Assembly (NCBI RefSeq): GCF_006345805.1
Contig: NC_043007.1
Span: 56,110,001 to 56,174,000, forward strand
Direction of reading: 5' to 3'
Source of the DNA: Octopus sinensis
Lineage: Eukaryota
DNA length: 64,000 nucleotides
Each line of letters starts with the position of its first letter. Within the stretch, counting starts at the first letter, position 1. A program made the position numbers and the translations under genes. The notes below the pieces were generated by a model, which saw nothing but the letters and a program-made list of their open reading frames with translations, did no database searches and had not been told where the DNA came from. Positions 37,151-50,464 of the stretch are shown one piece after another.

Positions 37151-38231
37151 AAACACAAACACACAAACGCTCTCACATACATATACACATGGTTATCTGA
37201 AATTTATGTGTTCCTAGTCCTCCTTTCACCATTTTACAAGAATTTAAGGGTAAAATAACCATTTCTTTCAAGTATATATATGCTTCATTGTATATAAGAA
37301 ACAACAATTTTAGTTTCGACCATACCAGCTTATAGACAATCTCAACTTGTAAAAGGCCTCTTCCTCTAATCTACCAACAAATATATTTATATGTCGCGAG
37401 GTGTGTCATCATTTAGGTGATGTGGTCCAAAATTTGTTCAAACTTTTGTTGTCTTTTCTCTAATTTTGGGACCTCTTGTACATTTCAACTCAGCTCACTG
37501 ACACTGCCGTTTTTAATTGTTTAAATTATCAATAACTGTTTTTTACAGTTATGTGATGCTCTTCTGCAATTCTCTGTACTATGTTAGATTGTATCTGTCG
37601 AGGTGCTGATGCACCTTATTGTTTATTGTAAACGTCAGGTTATTATAGAAATTGGAAAGCCATGCCGTTGGTCCATCGATTATAAAGTAATTCTTCTCAG
37701 TAATTTTTTTTTCTTCTACTATTACCAGGTTGTTTTTCCTTGCGTCATCCTCTTTGTTAGTTGGGATAGGCTCTTTGTTTTATTAAAGCATTTGGCCATA
37801 AGTGGGTGTTAAATATCTTTGTATTTTCTCTTCTTCGGATGACAAGCAATTTCCTTTTTCCTTGCAAGACAACCATTATATTTTCCGCTGTATGTCGTTC
37901 TATTTGTGTGATGATACACGATTAAATTTTGCTTTTTGTGCTATAGGTTAGTTCATTTCATTTATATTTACTTTCCATACTTTCATGCAAATATTTCTAG
38001 TTTTTCTTTATTTCGTGGACGTTTTTACTTTTATCGTTGATTGGCTGAGCGCATCAGCTGATTAGGTTTCAATATCCGATTATCTTTCCGTGTAATTGAA
38101 ATTTTTCTCCGACTTTTTGCTTGTCAATTCGGAATAACCTAACCTATAAAGGTCGTATTTTAGTCTTTTAAAAAATATTAAATGACAAAACACATAGTAC
38201 TCTAAATGCTGTTTATCTATCTCCTTTCCTC

Positions 38232-38270
<39 letters not shown>

Positions 38271-39213
38271 CTCTCTCTCTCTCTCTTTCTCAGTGTGTAT
38301 GTGTATGTATATATATCTATGTGCAAAATTGAGGAAATTGGAGTCAGGAAGAAGGAGTACGGTTGGACATTCAGTTATTATTTGCTGCAATTGTTTCGAC
38401 GCGACTTAGTTCTCCAGGAATACAGGTACTTGATTATGCAACCGTTTGTTTGCATAATGAGATCTAATTGTGTTTCCTCAGGCAATATACGAGTGTTGTG
38501 TCCGTTAGTTTAAAATAATAATAGTACAGAGTAATTCAGAAGGTGGACGAGCTTCCCACTGTACTCTTCAACGTTTTTAACGGAATAAAACATAACATTG
38601 TATATATATATATGCATCTCTTTACATATATAGCATAGACAAATATAGTTCTATTAAATTCCATACAATATAAATCTTTGGTTTATTGCAATTATCTTCG
38701 CCTCTAGGGTACGTTTCATAATAACCAAATGGCAAATAAGACCAGCTCCACTTCAGAGGGGAAAGTTAATTCAAGATTCTAGAATTTTCTCCGAATTTGA
38801 CAGATCCCACAGAAAATTATTACTTCTTCTAGAGACAGCGATATTTTTAATATATCAAAAATTTAATGTTGTATGATATTTGGTATACCTGTAATTTAAA
38901 TATATACTTCTAGCTGCTTTCAAATTAAAATAAATGGAATTTGTGGGCAACTTGTAAAATCTTCAAATATAACAAGCTTAAAGACTAAAAACTAAACGGA
39001 TGGATGGAAATATATTCTTTATTCTTTTAACTTTCAGTCATTGGACTGTGGCCATGCTGAAGTACCGACTTGAAGGGTTTAGTCGAGCAAACACAAATAC
39101 GAAGACACACATATACATAGATATATACATACTCACACACTCAAACACACACGCACATACACACACACACACAAGCCCCCTCCACATGCACGTAGATATG
39201 TATGTGTGTGTGA

Positions 39214-39267
<54 letters not shown>

Positions 39268-39432
39268 GTTTATGTATTCATTTTGCAAGATTCTTGATGT
39301 GAACTCGTGTATTGAAACAGATATTGTTGTATTTGGGGATTGTCATGTTGCCAGTTTAGCCAATGAAAATACACGCATTATATATATTCGCTGTTCACTT
39401 GCTTCACCTTCATTTCATATTAATTCTGTTTT

Positions 39433-39476
39433 GGCCAGAGTTCTTTCGTCACACTTGTGTGACCTCATCAGTAGTC
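39433..39476 (-). ncRNA. Decayed minimal hammerhead ribozyme in a short Penelope-type repeat
   Basis: GACTA CTGATGA GGTCACAC-AA-GTGTGAC GAAA GAAC TC TGG: canonical core and a 7-bp stem II; stem III is one base from palindromic GTAC. Confidence 0.65.
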
Positions 39477-39830
39477 ATTCTTTTATTATTGTTGTGTGTC
39501 TCCTTCCTAACGATCTGCTAGAAGAAAAGGATGCCATTATAGAATAAGAAAGAGAACAGGTGTGGAAATCAGTAACTTTTATATTTAAGTGGAACGCCCG
39601 CCACTCAGTACTGTAGACTCAGAGATAAATTTAATTATCAGCATAATTTAATTTTTTTACTTGCTTCTAAAATTTATCCATTCATATATAAGATTTTATT
39701 CTTAGTGCTTATTGGTTGAAGTATTTTAATGAGTTTATTAGTTTGCTTTCTTAGTCAGTGATGTTACTTTAATTAGTGATGATGACAACGACGACACTGA
39801 GCCTACAATTGAAAGGATTATTATTATTAT

Positions 39831-40835
39831 TCTACGTTTGACTTTTGCTTTACATTTGCACAAGCTGGCTCCAAGTCTCACCCAGAGACCTCAAGAGAGA
39901 ACAAGTTGGAAGTTCGTGTTGGTGTTATGCCTAGTGTGCCATATATTTGGTTTTGTACTTAGAGTTTTTCTAGTGAATGCCTAAAAAACCATACGAAAAT
40001 TATGTTTGTTTTAATACTTGAGATTACATAGAAAGTATTTTGCGTAGGATATGAGCAGTTCCCAGGAGCGATATCTTTTGAATTTCTGCCATTTTGGGGT
40101 TTCCTGGTATCTGAGTTAGGTAGCAATCAGCCCCTTTTGCTATCATTCCCAGGGCACCTATGACAACAGGTATTGTTTTAGTCTTCAGGTTCCACATTTT
40201 GCTGATTTCTATTTCCAGATCTATTTATTTGCTCAGTTTCTGGTAGGTCTTGACAGATACGTTTATATCGATTGGGACAGTCATATCAATGAAGAGGCAT
40301 GTTCTTTGTCTGAAGTCTTTCAATATGATGTGTGGCCTATTTGCATCTATCTTTCTGTCAGTTTGAATGGTGAAGTTCCAGAGGAGTGAGATGTGGTCAT
40401 TTTCAAGCACTGGAGGTGGTTTGTGTTCCCACCAGTATTTTTCATGGGGCAAGTCCAGGCTTTTGGAAATTACCCAGTGAATATATTGTGCAGCTCTATC
40501 ATGCTTGTTGAGATACTCATGTAGGCGCAAGAAGACTGCACTTGGAGACAATATGATCAATGGTTTCCTTTTGTTGTCGACATACACGACATGTTGGGCT
40601 ACTGCCGTTCTTTAATATGTTGGCCTGGTAGTTCCTTGTAGGTAGGCATTCACCTTGAACTGCTATGATAAACCCTTCTGTTTCAGGTTTTAAGCCAGAG
40701 GCCATTAGCCATTGAGGGGTCAGGGCTTTGTCAACATCTGCATTATTCGCTGTCTTTGGGTATTTGCCATTGAGAGGCTTTTCTTGCCATTTATCATTCA
40801 GAATATCTAAAGCAGCAGTTTTAGCATGAGTTTTC
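39831..40835 (-). mobile_element. 5'-truncated R4/Dong-like LINE (restriction-like endonuclease domain and 3' UTR) with a (TAA)n tail
   Basis: CRVCRQQKETIDHIVSKC, HDRAAQYIHW, NRPHII...IDMTVP...KLSK, ISLLGTAHILRK; tail at 39817-39831. Confidence 0.9.
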
Positions 40836-40859
40836 ATACTTGTACCTACAGCAGAAAGG

Positions 40860-40947
<88 letters not shown>

Positions 40948-40959
40948 TATTATTATTAT

Positions 40960-41220
40960 TATTCATCTTATTTTCATTACGTGGTTTCACAGCACCACCG
41001 AGCGCAGCTCTGTGTGCCTTGGGTATGTGATGTGGTTTGTTGTGCTGCTCTTATTTTCACTGCATTGAAAATGTTTTACGAAAGATGTGCGCGGTGCCTA
41101 GTAGTGCTGTTTTCTGTATGTTATATATACTTGTAAGTTCTGGTGTTTTTTTAATGTATTTTGGTGAATGTTTTTATCATACCTAATACGTCTACTATGA
41201 TAGGAATTGTTTCTCATTTT
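40960..41220 (-). mobile_element. Short 3' fragment of a second Dong-like family (duplicated at about 43556-43816; diverged relative at 46219-46480)
   Basis: Minus strand ETIPIIVDVLGMIK...IQKTALLGTAHIFRKTFSMQ*, followed by a 3' UTR and (TAA)n. Confidence 0.82.
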
Positions 41221-41429
41221 AGGCTTCTAGTGGTCAGTTCAATAAGTATCAGGACCGTTGCTATAGTAATGAAGCTGCAGCTCGCAGAATAAAGCCACTT
41301 AGCATAAATTGACCTTGATTGACCTTGTGCATGAGTATTAAGTTTCAGGCCTTGTACCTACAGCGGAAAGGATTATTATTATTGTTATTGTTATTGTTAT
41401 TATTATTATTATTATTATTATTCTTATTC

Positions 41430-41460
<31 letters not shown>

Positions 41461-41879
41461 GGTCGTCAACCTGGCAAGCCACACTTGACCTCGCTCCGTT
41501 GATTTCTTAAAGAAAAAAACACGAAATAGTTTTATTTACACCCTTTAGTTTATACCATCGTGGAGAACAAGTTATTTGCTGTCGAGTGGTGAGTTTATTT
41601 TCCTGTTTGTCCCCCAGCCCTGCAGGGACAGGTCAATTGTTTGTTTTGTTTTGTTTTTTTAAGCAAAGTTGTGTGCGTTTTCCCTACCAACATAGAGAAA
41701 GCACAAAACACGGTGATACTCATATGTGAGAGAGGGTGAGAAAGTGAGGGGCGTCACCAAACACCAATGAGAGAGTGCATGCGTGCAAAGCGACTTCGGT
41801 CTGAAAAATAAAACAAAAAAGTACAAAAAAAAAAGACAACGGAGCCAATTTTTTCAAGAAGGGTCACTCAGAAAATCTT

Positions 41880-43140
41880 TTGAAAGCAAGGGTTCTGTTG
41901 TTAACATTATTCGATGTGAAAACATTAATTTGGAAATGTAATAACAACAGCAGCAAGAACAACAACAACATTAGTTGCCCCATCACCAACCACAACAACA
42001 ACAATAACAAAGGTGTCAACAGCAACAACAAAACCAACAACAGCAGCATCAAAAGCAATAGCAACAATGACAAAGACAATGAAGGAGCTGAGATACAAAC
42101 GGTACATCGGCTTAGAACAGTCTCTCAAAGCTTTCTTTCGCTGGAGTAGCCAAGTCATCTCTTCAGAGAATACGATTCTCCGAAGAGGAACTTAAAGATG
42201 CTAGACAGCTAATCGGGAGAGACGAAATAGTTGTAAAGTTGAAAACACCACCTGAGATAATCCAGGCTACGATATGCCGCACAGTGACGTACCGTACAAT
42301 TGGGTTAAAGTCAAGAAGTGTGGAAAAAGCCACAGAGGCGCTCAAATACAAGAAGCTTTAGGATCTATCTGGAATCTAAAGAAGTATATACAGAGGGGAA
42401 GGGCCTATGGAATGGTGGACGTTCGATTCCACAACGAGGGAGAAACCAAACACCACCCTCTGAATCCCCTCAGAAATAACCATTCCTTAGCTAATTGCGG
42501 CATTGATAATAGATATCAAGGAAAAATCGAAAATCCTCGAAGCCTATCAGGCCAAAAAAAAGGTCTGGAATGACCGTAGAGCTCCTCATTCAAGCAACAC
42601 AAAAGAATGTGGATATCATCCCATTCCAAATCCTTCTTCTTGAGGGGCAGCATAATTCACGTCAGGGTTGATTGAAGAAAAGCAAAGTGCCACATTTGCT
42701 TTTCACCTAAGCATTTAAAAGTCGACTGTTCCGAACAAAGAGAAAAAAGAGACGGGTACCCCTCCTCTCTACATCAACAACGAGCACCAGAACTTCAACG
42801 ACAACAGCAGCAGCATCATCACCCTCAACAGATTCAGCTGTAGCACCACCAACACCAACACCAAGAACCATACCGACACCGAGTTCACTCAAACACTTCT
42901 CAGCGCCCGAAGATGTTCCACTTCCCGATGCAGAGCGGGTGGCCACCATAGCTGGGGAGACGGACCGTGGTGAGGATTGGCTGTTAAAAAGAAACAAAAG
43001 AAAATGTAAAAGAGACAGAAGGAAAAATAAACATGGGGACAAACAACAACCACAATTCTCATCCACACAAAAAGTGGAGAGAAAAAATCGGCGGAAGAGT
43101 TACTTCTGAAAAGGAAGGTCCCTCTTCTAATGTCAGTGCC
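41880..43140 (+). pseudogene. Decayed gag-like LINE ORF1 with an intact CCHC knuckle (copy 1)
   Basis: QIQEALGSIWNLKKYIQRGRAYGMVDVRF aligns by eye with KELKDYLSSVKYICRG...F of the 5990 ORF; KCHICFSPKHLKVDC at 42688-42729. Confidence 0.65.
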
Positions 43141-43461
43141 CAAGCAGAAACCGAAACCTAAAGAGAACAGTGGGCAGGTGACGACAGTAGTTGGAGCAAA
43201 GATAGCATCTCAAGACGGTTACAATACCAGTGATTGTGGGAGCACTTGAAATGACCAGTAAAGGAACAAAGATTATTTGAGAATAATCCCAGGGAGCGCA
43301 AAAGATAGTTAACTACAAAAGTAAACATATTGTATACGAAAAGAAAGAATGGTGACAGAGAACTAATCAGTATAGACCATTGTATAAGGAGTGAAAGAAG
43401 AACACTTGCCGAGTATATGATAAATAGTGACGAAGATCTGCTGTAATATACCGGGTCGAAT

Positions 43462-43540
<79 letters not shown>

Positions 43541-44025
43541 TATTATTATTATTATTATTCATCTTATTTTCATTACGTGGTTTCACAGCACCACCGAGCG
43601 CAGCTCTGTGTGCCTTGGGTATGTGATGTGGTTTGTTGTGCTGCTCTTATTTTCACTGCATTGAAAATGTTTTACGAAAGATGTGCGCGGTGCCTAGTAG
43701 TGCTGTTTTCTGTATGTTATATATACTTGTAAGTTCTGGTGTTTTTTTTATGTATTTTGGTGAATGTTTTTATCATACCTAATACGTCTACTATGATAGG
43801 AATTGTTTCTCATTTTAGGCTTCTAGTGGTCAGTTCAATAAGTATCAGGACCGTTGCTATAGTAATGAAGCTGCAGCTCGCAGAATAAAGCCACTTAGCA
43901 TAAATTGACCTTGATTGACCTTGTGCATGAGTATTAAGTTTCAGGCCTTGTACCTACAGCGGAAAGGATTATTATTATTGTTATTGTTATTGTTATTATT
44001 ATTATTATTATTATTATTCTTATTC

Positions 44026-44056
<31 letters not shown>

Positions 44057-44475
44057 GGTCGTCAACCTGGCAAGCCACACTTGACCTCGCTCCGTTGATT
44101 TCTTAAAGAAAAAAACACGAAATAGTTTTATTTACACCCTTTAGTTTATACCATCGTGGAGAACAAGTTATTTGCTGTCGAGTGGTGAGTTTATTTTCCT
44201 GTTTGTCCCCCAGCCCTGCAGGGACAGGTCAATTGTTTGTTTTGTTTTGTTTTTTTAAGCAAAGTTGTGTGCGTTTTCCCTACCAACATAGAGAAAGCAC
44301 AAAACACGGTGATACTCATATGTGAGAGAGGGTGAGAAAGTGAGGGGCGTCACCAAACACCAATGAGAGAGTGCATGCGTGCAAAGCGACTTCGGTCTGA
44401 AAAATAAAACAAAAAAGTACAAAAAAAAAAGACAACGGAGCCAATTTTTTCAAGAAGGGTCACTCAGAAAATCTT

Positions 44476-45736
44476 TTGAAAGCAAGGGTTCTGTTGTTAA
44501 CATTATTCGATGTGAAAACATTAATTTGGAAATGTAATAACAACAGCAGCAAGAACAACAACAACATTAGTTGCCCCATCACCAACCACAACAACAACAA
44601 TAACAAAGGTGTCAACAGCAACAACAAAACCAACAACAGCAGCATCAAAAGCAATAGCAACAATGACAAAGACAATGAAGGAGCTGAGATACAAACGGTA
44701 CATCGGCTTAGAACAGTCTCTCAAAGCTTTCTTTCGCTGGAGTAGCCAAGTCATCTCTTCAGAGAATACGATTCTCCGAAGAGGAACTTAAAGATGCTAG
44801 ACAGCTAATCGGGAGAGACGAAATAGTTGTAAAGTTGAAAACACCACCTGAGATAATCCAGGCTACGATATGCCGCACAGTGACGTACCGTACAATTGGG
44901 TTAAAGTCAAGAAGTGTGGAAAAAGCCACAGAGGCGCTCAAATACAAGAAGCTTTAGGATCTATCTGGAATCTAAAGAAGTATATACAGAGGGGAAGGGC
45001 CTATGGAATGGTGGACGTTCGATTCCACAACGAGGGAGAAACCAAACACCACCCTCTGAATCCCCTCAGAAATAACCATTCCTTAGCTAATTGCGGCATT
45101 GATAATAGATATCAAGGAAAAATCGAAAATCCTCGAAGCCTATCAGGCCAAAAAAAAGGTCTGGAATGACCGTAGAGCTCCTCATTCAAGCAACACAAAA
45201 GAATGTGGATATCATCCCATTCCAAATCCTTCTTCTTGAGGGGCAGCATAATTCACGTCAGGGTTGATTGAAGAAAAGCAAAGTGCCACATTTGCTTTTC
45301 ACCTAAGCATTTAAAAGTCGACTGTTCCGAACAAAGAGAAAAAAGAGACGGGTACCCCTCCTCTCTACATCAACAACGAGCACCAGAACTTCAACGACAA
45401 CAGCAGCAGCATCATCACCCTCAACAGATTCAGCTGTAGCACCACCAACACCAACACCAAGAACCATACCGACACCGAGTTCACTCAAACACTTCTCAGC
45501 GCCCGAAGATGTTCCACTTCCCGATGCAGAGCGGGTGGCCACCATAGCTGGGGAGACGGACCGTGGTGAGGATTGGCTGTTAAAAAGAAACAAAAGAAAA
45601 TGTAAAAGAGACAGAAGGAAAAATAAACATGGGGACAAACAACAACCACAATTCTCATCCACACAAAAAGTGGAGAGAAAAAATCGGCGGAAGAGTTACT
45701 TCTGAAAAGGAAGGTCCCTCTTCTAATGTCAGTGCC
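44476..45736 (+). pseudogene. Decayed gag-like LINE ORF1 with an intact CCHC knuckle (copy 2)
   Basis: Duplicate of 41880-43140; knuckle at 45284-45325. Confidence 0.65.
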
Positions 45737-46057
45737 CAAGCAGAAACCGAAACCTAAAGAGAACAGTGGGCAGGTGACGACAGTAGTTGGAGCAAAGATA
45801 GCATCTCAAGACGGTTACAATACCAGTGATTGTGGGAGCACTTGAAATGACCAGTAAAGGAACAAAGATTATTTGAGAATAATCCCAGGGAGCGCAAAAG
45901 ATAGTTAACTACAAAAGTAAACATATTGTATACGAAAAGAAAGAATGGTGACAGAGAACTAATCAGTATAGACCATTGTATAAGGAGTGAAAGAAGAACA
46001 CTTGCCGAGTATATGATAAATAGTGACGAAGATCTGCTGTAATATACCGGGTCGAAT

Positions 46058-46101
<44 letters not shown>

Positions 46102-46124
46102 TATTATTATTATTATTATTATTA

Positions 46125-46196
<72 letters not shown>

Positions 46197-46479
46197 CATT
46201 ATTATTATTATTATTATTCAGAAGTTTTATTTTTATAAGGTGCTATCACTGCACTACCGAGTGCAGCTCTGTGTGCCTTGGATATCTATAGTGGTTTGCT
46301 GTGATACTCTTATGGTTACTGTATTGAAAGTGTTTTACATAGGATGTGTGCAGTGCCTAGTACTGCTATTTTCTGTATGCTATATATATTTGTTTGTCCT
46401 GGTGTTTTTGTTATCTATTTGTCTGAATATTTTTTGTTATCATACCTAATGTGCCCACTATGATAGGAATTGTTTCTGT

Positions 46480-48530
46480 ATGTTACAGTTTGACTGAAAT
46501 GTTGGGGAGGGAAAGTGGCAAGGGCAGTAGCGAAATATCTTCATGTAATACAACACATACATTTAAACTGACAGGGTTTAAATGTATATGTTTAATGTGG
46601 GCAGTACTTATCAGCAGAATCTTTTGGATTTCTCTGAGACATATTTCTGGGATATTATCTAGATGTTTCTAGCATACCTTTCTTATGTCTAGGGCACCCA
46701 CAATAACAGCAAAAGTTCTCGCTTTAAAATGCCACATATTTTGTATTTCAATTTCCAGGTCCTTATATTAACCTAATTTTTCAAATTCATTTACAGATAT
46801 ATTTTTGTCAGTGGGAAAACTTACATCTATTAGTCTACAAGTGTTTTTCTCTCTGTCTTTAATGACTCTATCAGGCCGATTAGCCTGCATCGTTCTTGAC
46901 TGAAAAATCCTAGTGGATAGTGACATCTCTACCTTCAAAGACTGGCTCAGGATGATGTTCATACCAGTAAGCATGAGCACTGATTTTGTAGTGTTTACAT
47001 ATTTTCCAATGTAAATACTGTCCTACCCTAACGTTGCGAATTTTCCATACGATTGGTGTCAGACAGGACATCCTGACACGAGGTGGTCTATTGTTTCGTC
47101 AAATGTATTGCAGAATCTGCATTTAGGGTCAGAACCGTTTTGAAGAACGTTAACCTGGTAGATTTTGTAAGCAAGGTTTGATTTTGTGCCGCTAATATGA
47201 AACCCTCAGTCTCTGTTTTCAATCCTGAGCTTCTCAGTTACTGATGGGTTGTTGCTTGGTCTGCATCCGCATTTCGTTTTCGAAGTATATACTGTCCATG
47301 CAGGGGCTTCTGGTTCTACCGCTCCTCGACTTGTTTCTGTCCGTTCTTGTTTGCAATCTGCTTGATCCGTTTGGCTTTATTTGTGGCAGGGATTTCAGGT
47401 TCTTCATCTAAATTAGGGTTAATGCCAAGTTACTCTGCGAATTTGCAAGCTTCCTTGACAATAGAATGTGATTTTTTGCTGCTTTCCTTTTTGCACACTA
47501 GCCGCAGCATCCAGCCCTTGTGCTATTGTGCATGTCTTATAGCACAGTACTACCCGCATCATTCCTCTTCCCCCATTACTTCTAGGTAGGTACAGACGAT
47601 CAACCTCTGCTTTTGGGTGGTGCATGTTCTTAGATGTTAGTAGTTTTCTTATCTTCCTCTCTAGGTGTTGGAGTTCTGTAACGTTCCCGTTAATGATGTT
47701 AAAACTGTATTGGACTACTGAAAGTGCCAGGGTGTTAACGGCTTCGATGCGGTTTCTGGAGTTGAGTTCAGTTTTTAGTATGAGTCGTATTCTTCTGTAA
47801 TAATCCCTTCGTATTTTTCCATTCATTGACTCTGCGAGTATTCCAGTTCAATAACTTCCACATAAGGGGCAAACAGGATATTGGCCTGTAATTGTCTACT
47901 GTATTTCCTTTTTCGATGTTTTTCATGGCACAGCATTGTCCTTCCCAGTGTCAACCACTCTGGCGTTACTTGGTCAGCATTTAACAAGGTGTTGAGTTGT
48001 GCAGCGATTCGTGCATGACATTCACTAAATCTTTCGAGCCAGTAGCCCTGAACTCCATCTGGTCCCGGGGACTTCCAGTTGCTCATTTCTGTCACTATCG
48101 TTTTCCTGTAGTCTTGCCTTTATTGTGTCGTAGATTGCCTTTTGTTCTTCTGTTATGTCACCATTTGTTTTATTGTGTTCTGTTAGGTCATCTATACGTC
48201 TTTCATCAAGTAAACTACCACTGATCTTTTCCTGTGCTATGAGATTACTCTTATTAGTAAGAACTGTACTTTCATCGTTATCTCTGCTGCTATTTTCCAA
48301 GACCCGTCTTTTGATAGCTTCGAGCTCCACTTCTGTGAACCAACGATCTTTTCTTATTGCTCTAGCTTCATCACATAGTCTCTTTCGGTGAGCTAAAACA
48401 ATCCCTTTTCTCTCCAATGATCATACATACGTTGTCTGTACCCTCTAATTTGAGCACCATTTTCACCTCCCGGGCTGCTCAGGTAACAACACTCCATGAC
48501 AGCGTCATTAATTTGTCATTATCATTATCA
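46480..48530 (-). mobile_element. Third R4/Dong-like family, spanning N- to C-terminus but internally deleted
   Basis: N-terminal GYRQRMYDHW, RLCDEARAIRKDRW; SNWKSPGPDGVQGYW; [13 protein letters not shown]; RLYLPRSNGGRG; CRFCNTFDETIDH; NRPDRVIKD. No YMDD-type core is present. Confidence 0.82.
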
Positions 48531-49829
48531 CTATCACCACCACTACCATAGTTTGAGGAAATAGTTGGGTAGCAGTTTGGTAAATAGATCACATTATACA
48601 GGTCTATAAATAGATTCAGCAGATGGTGGGGAGGTCAGCCATAGAAACAAAAGAATCTTCTCACCCTTTGGGTCAGCAGAGGTCAAATGTGTTTACTACT
48701 ACCAGTGGTCACTGGGAGCGCTGTCTTGAAAAGAAGCAATTCAACCTGTTCTATTTGTAATTACTGGTAGAATAAACAATAATAATAATACACAAAGATA
48801 CAGACAGACAGACACACACACACATATATATACACACGTGCATATATTCACGTCGTTCAATTTTTGAAGTTTTGAATTCAATTGTGTTACTGCAATTAAA
48901 GGTGTGTTTACGTATTTGGGTAATATATTAAAGTTTTAAAGTTTTACTGAGATGTTCGTTTGTCTGTCCAGTTGGAGAATACATACGACTTTTGCAAGGA
49001 AAAGGATGTTTACGTTTTCGAATACTCTGCGAGAGAAAAAAAGAAAAGAAAGCAAGTTGTAGATAGTAAAGTTTTAAGATTTACTAAACATGGTCTTTTG
49101 TATGACCGCACAGAGAGAAATGGTAGTGTTCTTAGAATAAAAAGGAGGAGGATGTTTACATTTTCATATACTCAGGGAGAGAGGAATGGATAGATATTCA
49201 CACATTAGGTGTAGATATTAAAGGGTTTTTTTTAAAGCTGATAGTTTGTGTGTTCGAAAGCTGTAGGTATGTAAGTTTCCTAACCTATTTTATTTTGAGG
49301 GAGATTTAAAATATTCACAGAAAATTGTAGATATTCAGTCTTTGGGAATAGTAGAAGGAAGAGATGTTCACCTTGTTGGATTTTTGAATTTCTGAATTTC
49401 TTTTTCGCTTTCTTTTGGAATTTTTCTTTTCGTTTTAAAAGTTTTGCTGTGGTTTACAGTTTTTGTAGTTGTGCAGTATGTATATTTTGGTAGGCGCTTA
49501 ATTCCTTGATTTTTTTATCGTACATTTAATTGTGTTGTTACAATAAAAGGCATGTTTATATTTTCTGTTAGTTAGGGAAGAAGGGAAGACAAAATGTTCA
49601 CACAAAACTGGAGATATTAAAGTTTCTAAATATTTTGAGGTGTTCGTTTGTATGTCCGAAGTTGTTGATATGTAAGTTCCTTCACTTATTTTAAGGGAAA
49701 TACTCACAGAAAAATGTAGATATTCCAGTCTTTTAGAGTTATTTTTCAGTTGCCTGCTGGGTTGTATCAGTGTTTCTGTGTCTTCCACTTCTAACAGTCC
49801 AGAGCAGCGAAGAACACGTCCAGCCGCTG

Positions 49830-50225
49830 TCACAAGGTGGCGAGCTGGTAGAATCATTAGCATGGCGTGCGAAATACTTTGCGGTATTCATCTGCCGTTA
49901 CGTTCTGAGTTCAAGTTCCGCCGAGGTCGACTTTGCCTTTCATCCTTTCGGGGTCGATTAAATAAGTACCAGTTACGCACTGGGGTCGATATACTCGGCT
50001 TAATCCGTTTGTCTGTCCTTGTTTGTCCCCTCTGTGTGTAGCCCCTTGTGGGCAGTAAAGGAATAGGTATTTCGCCCGTCACTAAGTTCTGAGCTTAAAT
50101 TCCGCCGAAGTCAGTTTTACCTTTTATCGTTTTGAGGTGAATAAAATAAGTACCAATGAACACTGGAGTCGATGTAATCGACTTATCCCCTCCCACAAAA
50201 TTGCAGCCCTTGTGGTAAAATTTGA
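49830..50225 (+). mobile_element. Two tandem family-B SINE copies followed by (ATC)n/(ATT)n at 50230-50480
   Basis: aggtggcgagctggtagaatcattagc... followed by a second partial copy gttctgagcttaaattccgccgaagtc. Confidence 0.82.
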
Positions 50226-50308
50226 AAATATCATCATCATCATCATCATCATCATCACAATGAGTATTATTATTATTGTTGTTGCTGTTGTTGATTTTGT
50301 CGTTGTTG

Positions 50309-50464
<156 letters not shown>

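Larger units (their letters stand above)
40860..46060. repeat. Near-identical head-to-tail tandem duplication, unit about 2,596 bp
   Basis: Every ORF from 41319 to 43143 recurs at +2596; junctions lie in (ATC)n(ATT)n tracts at about 40860, 43460 and 46060. Confidence 0.97.

Noticed and set aside
48540-48720. HDV-like ribozyme at the Dong-like 5' UTR (also considered at 53130-53230)
   Set aside because: Expected by analogy with R2, R4 and RTE elements, but I could not assemble the nested double pseudoknot by eye; a structure-descriptor search is needed.
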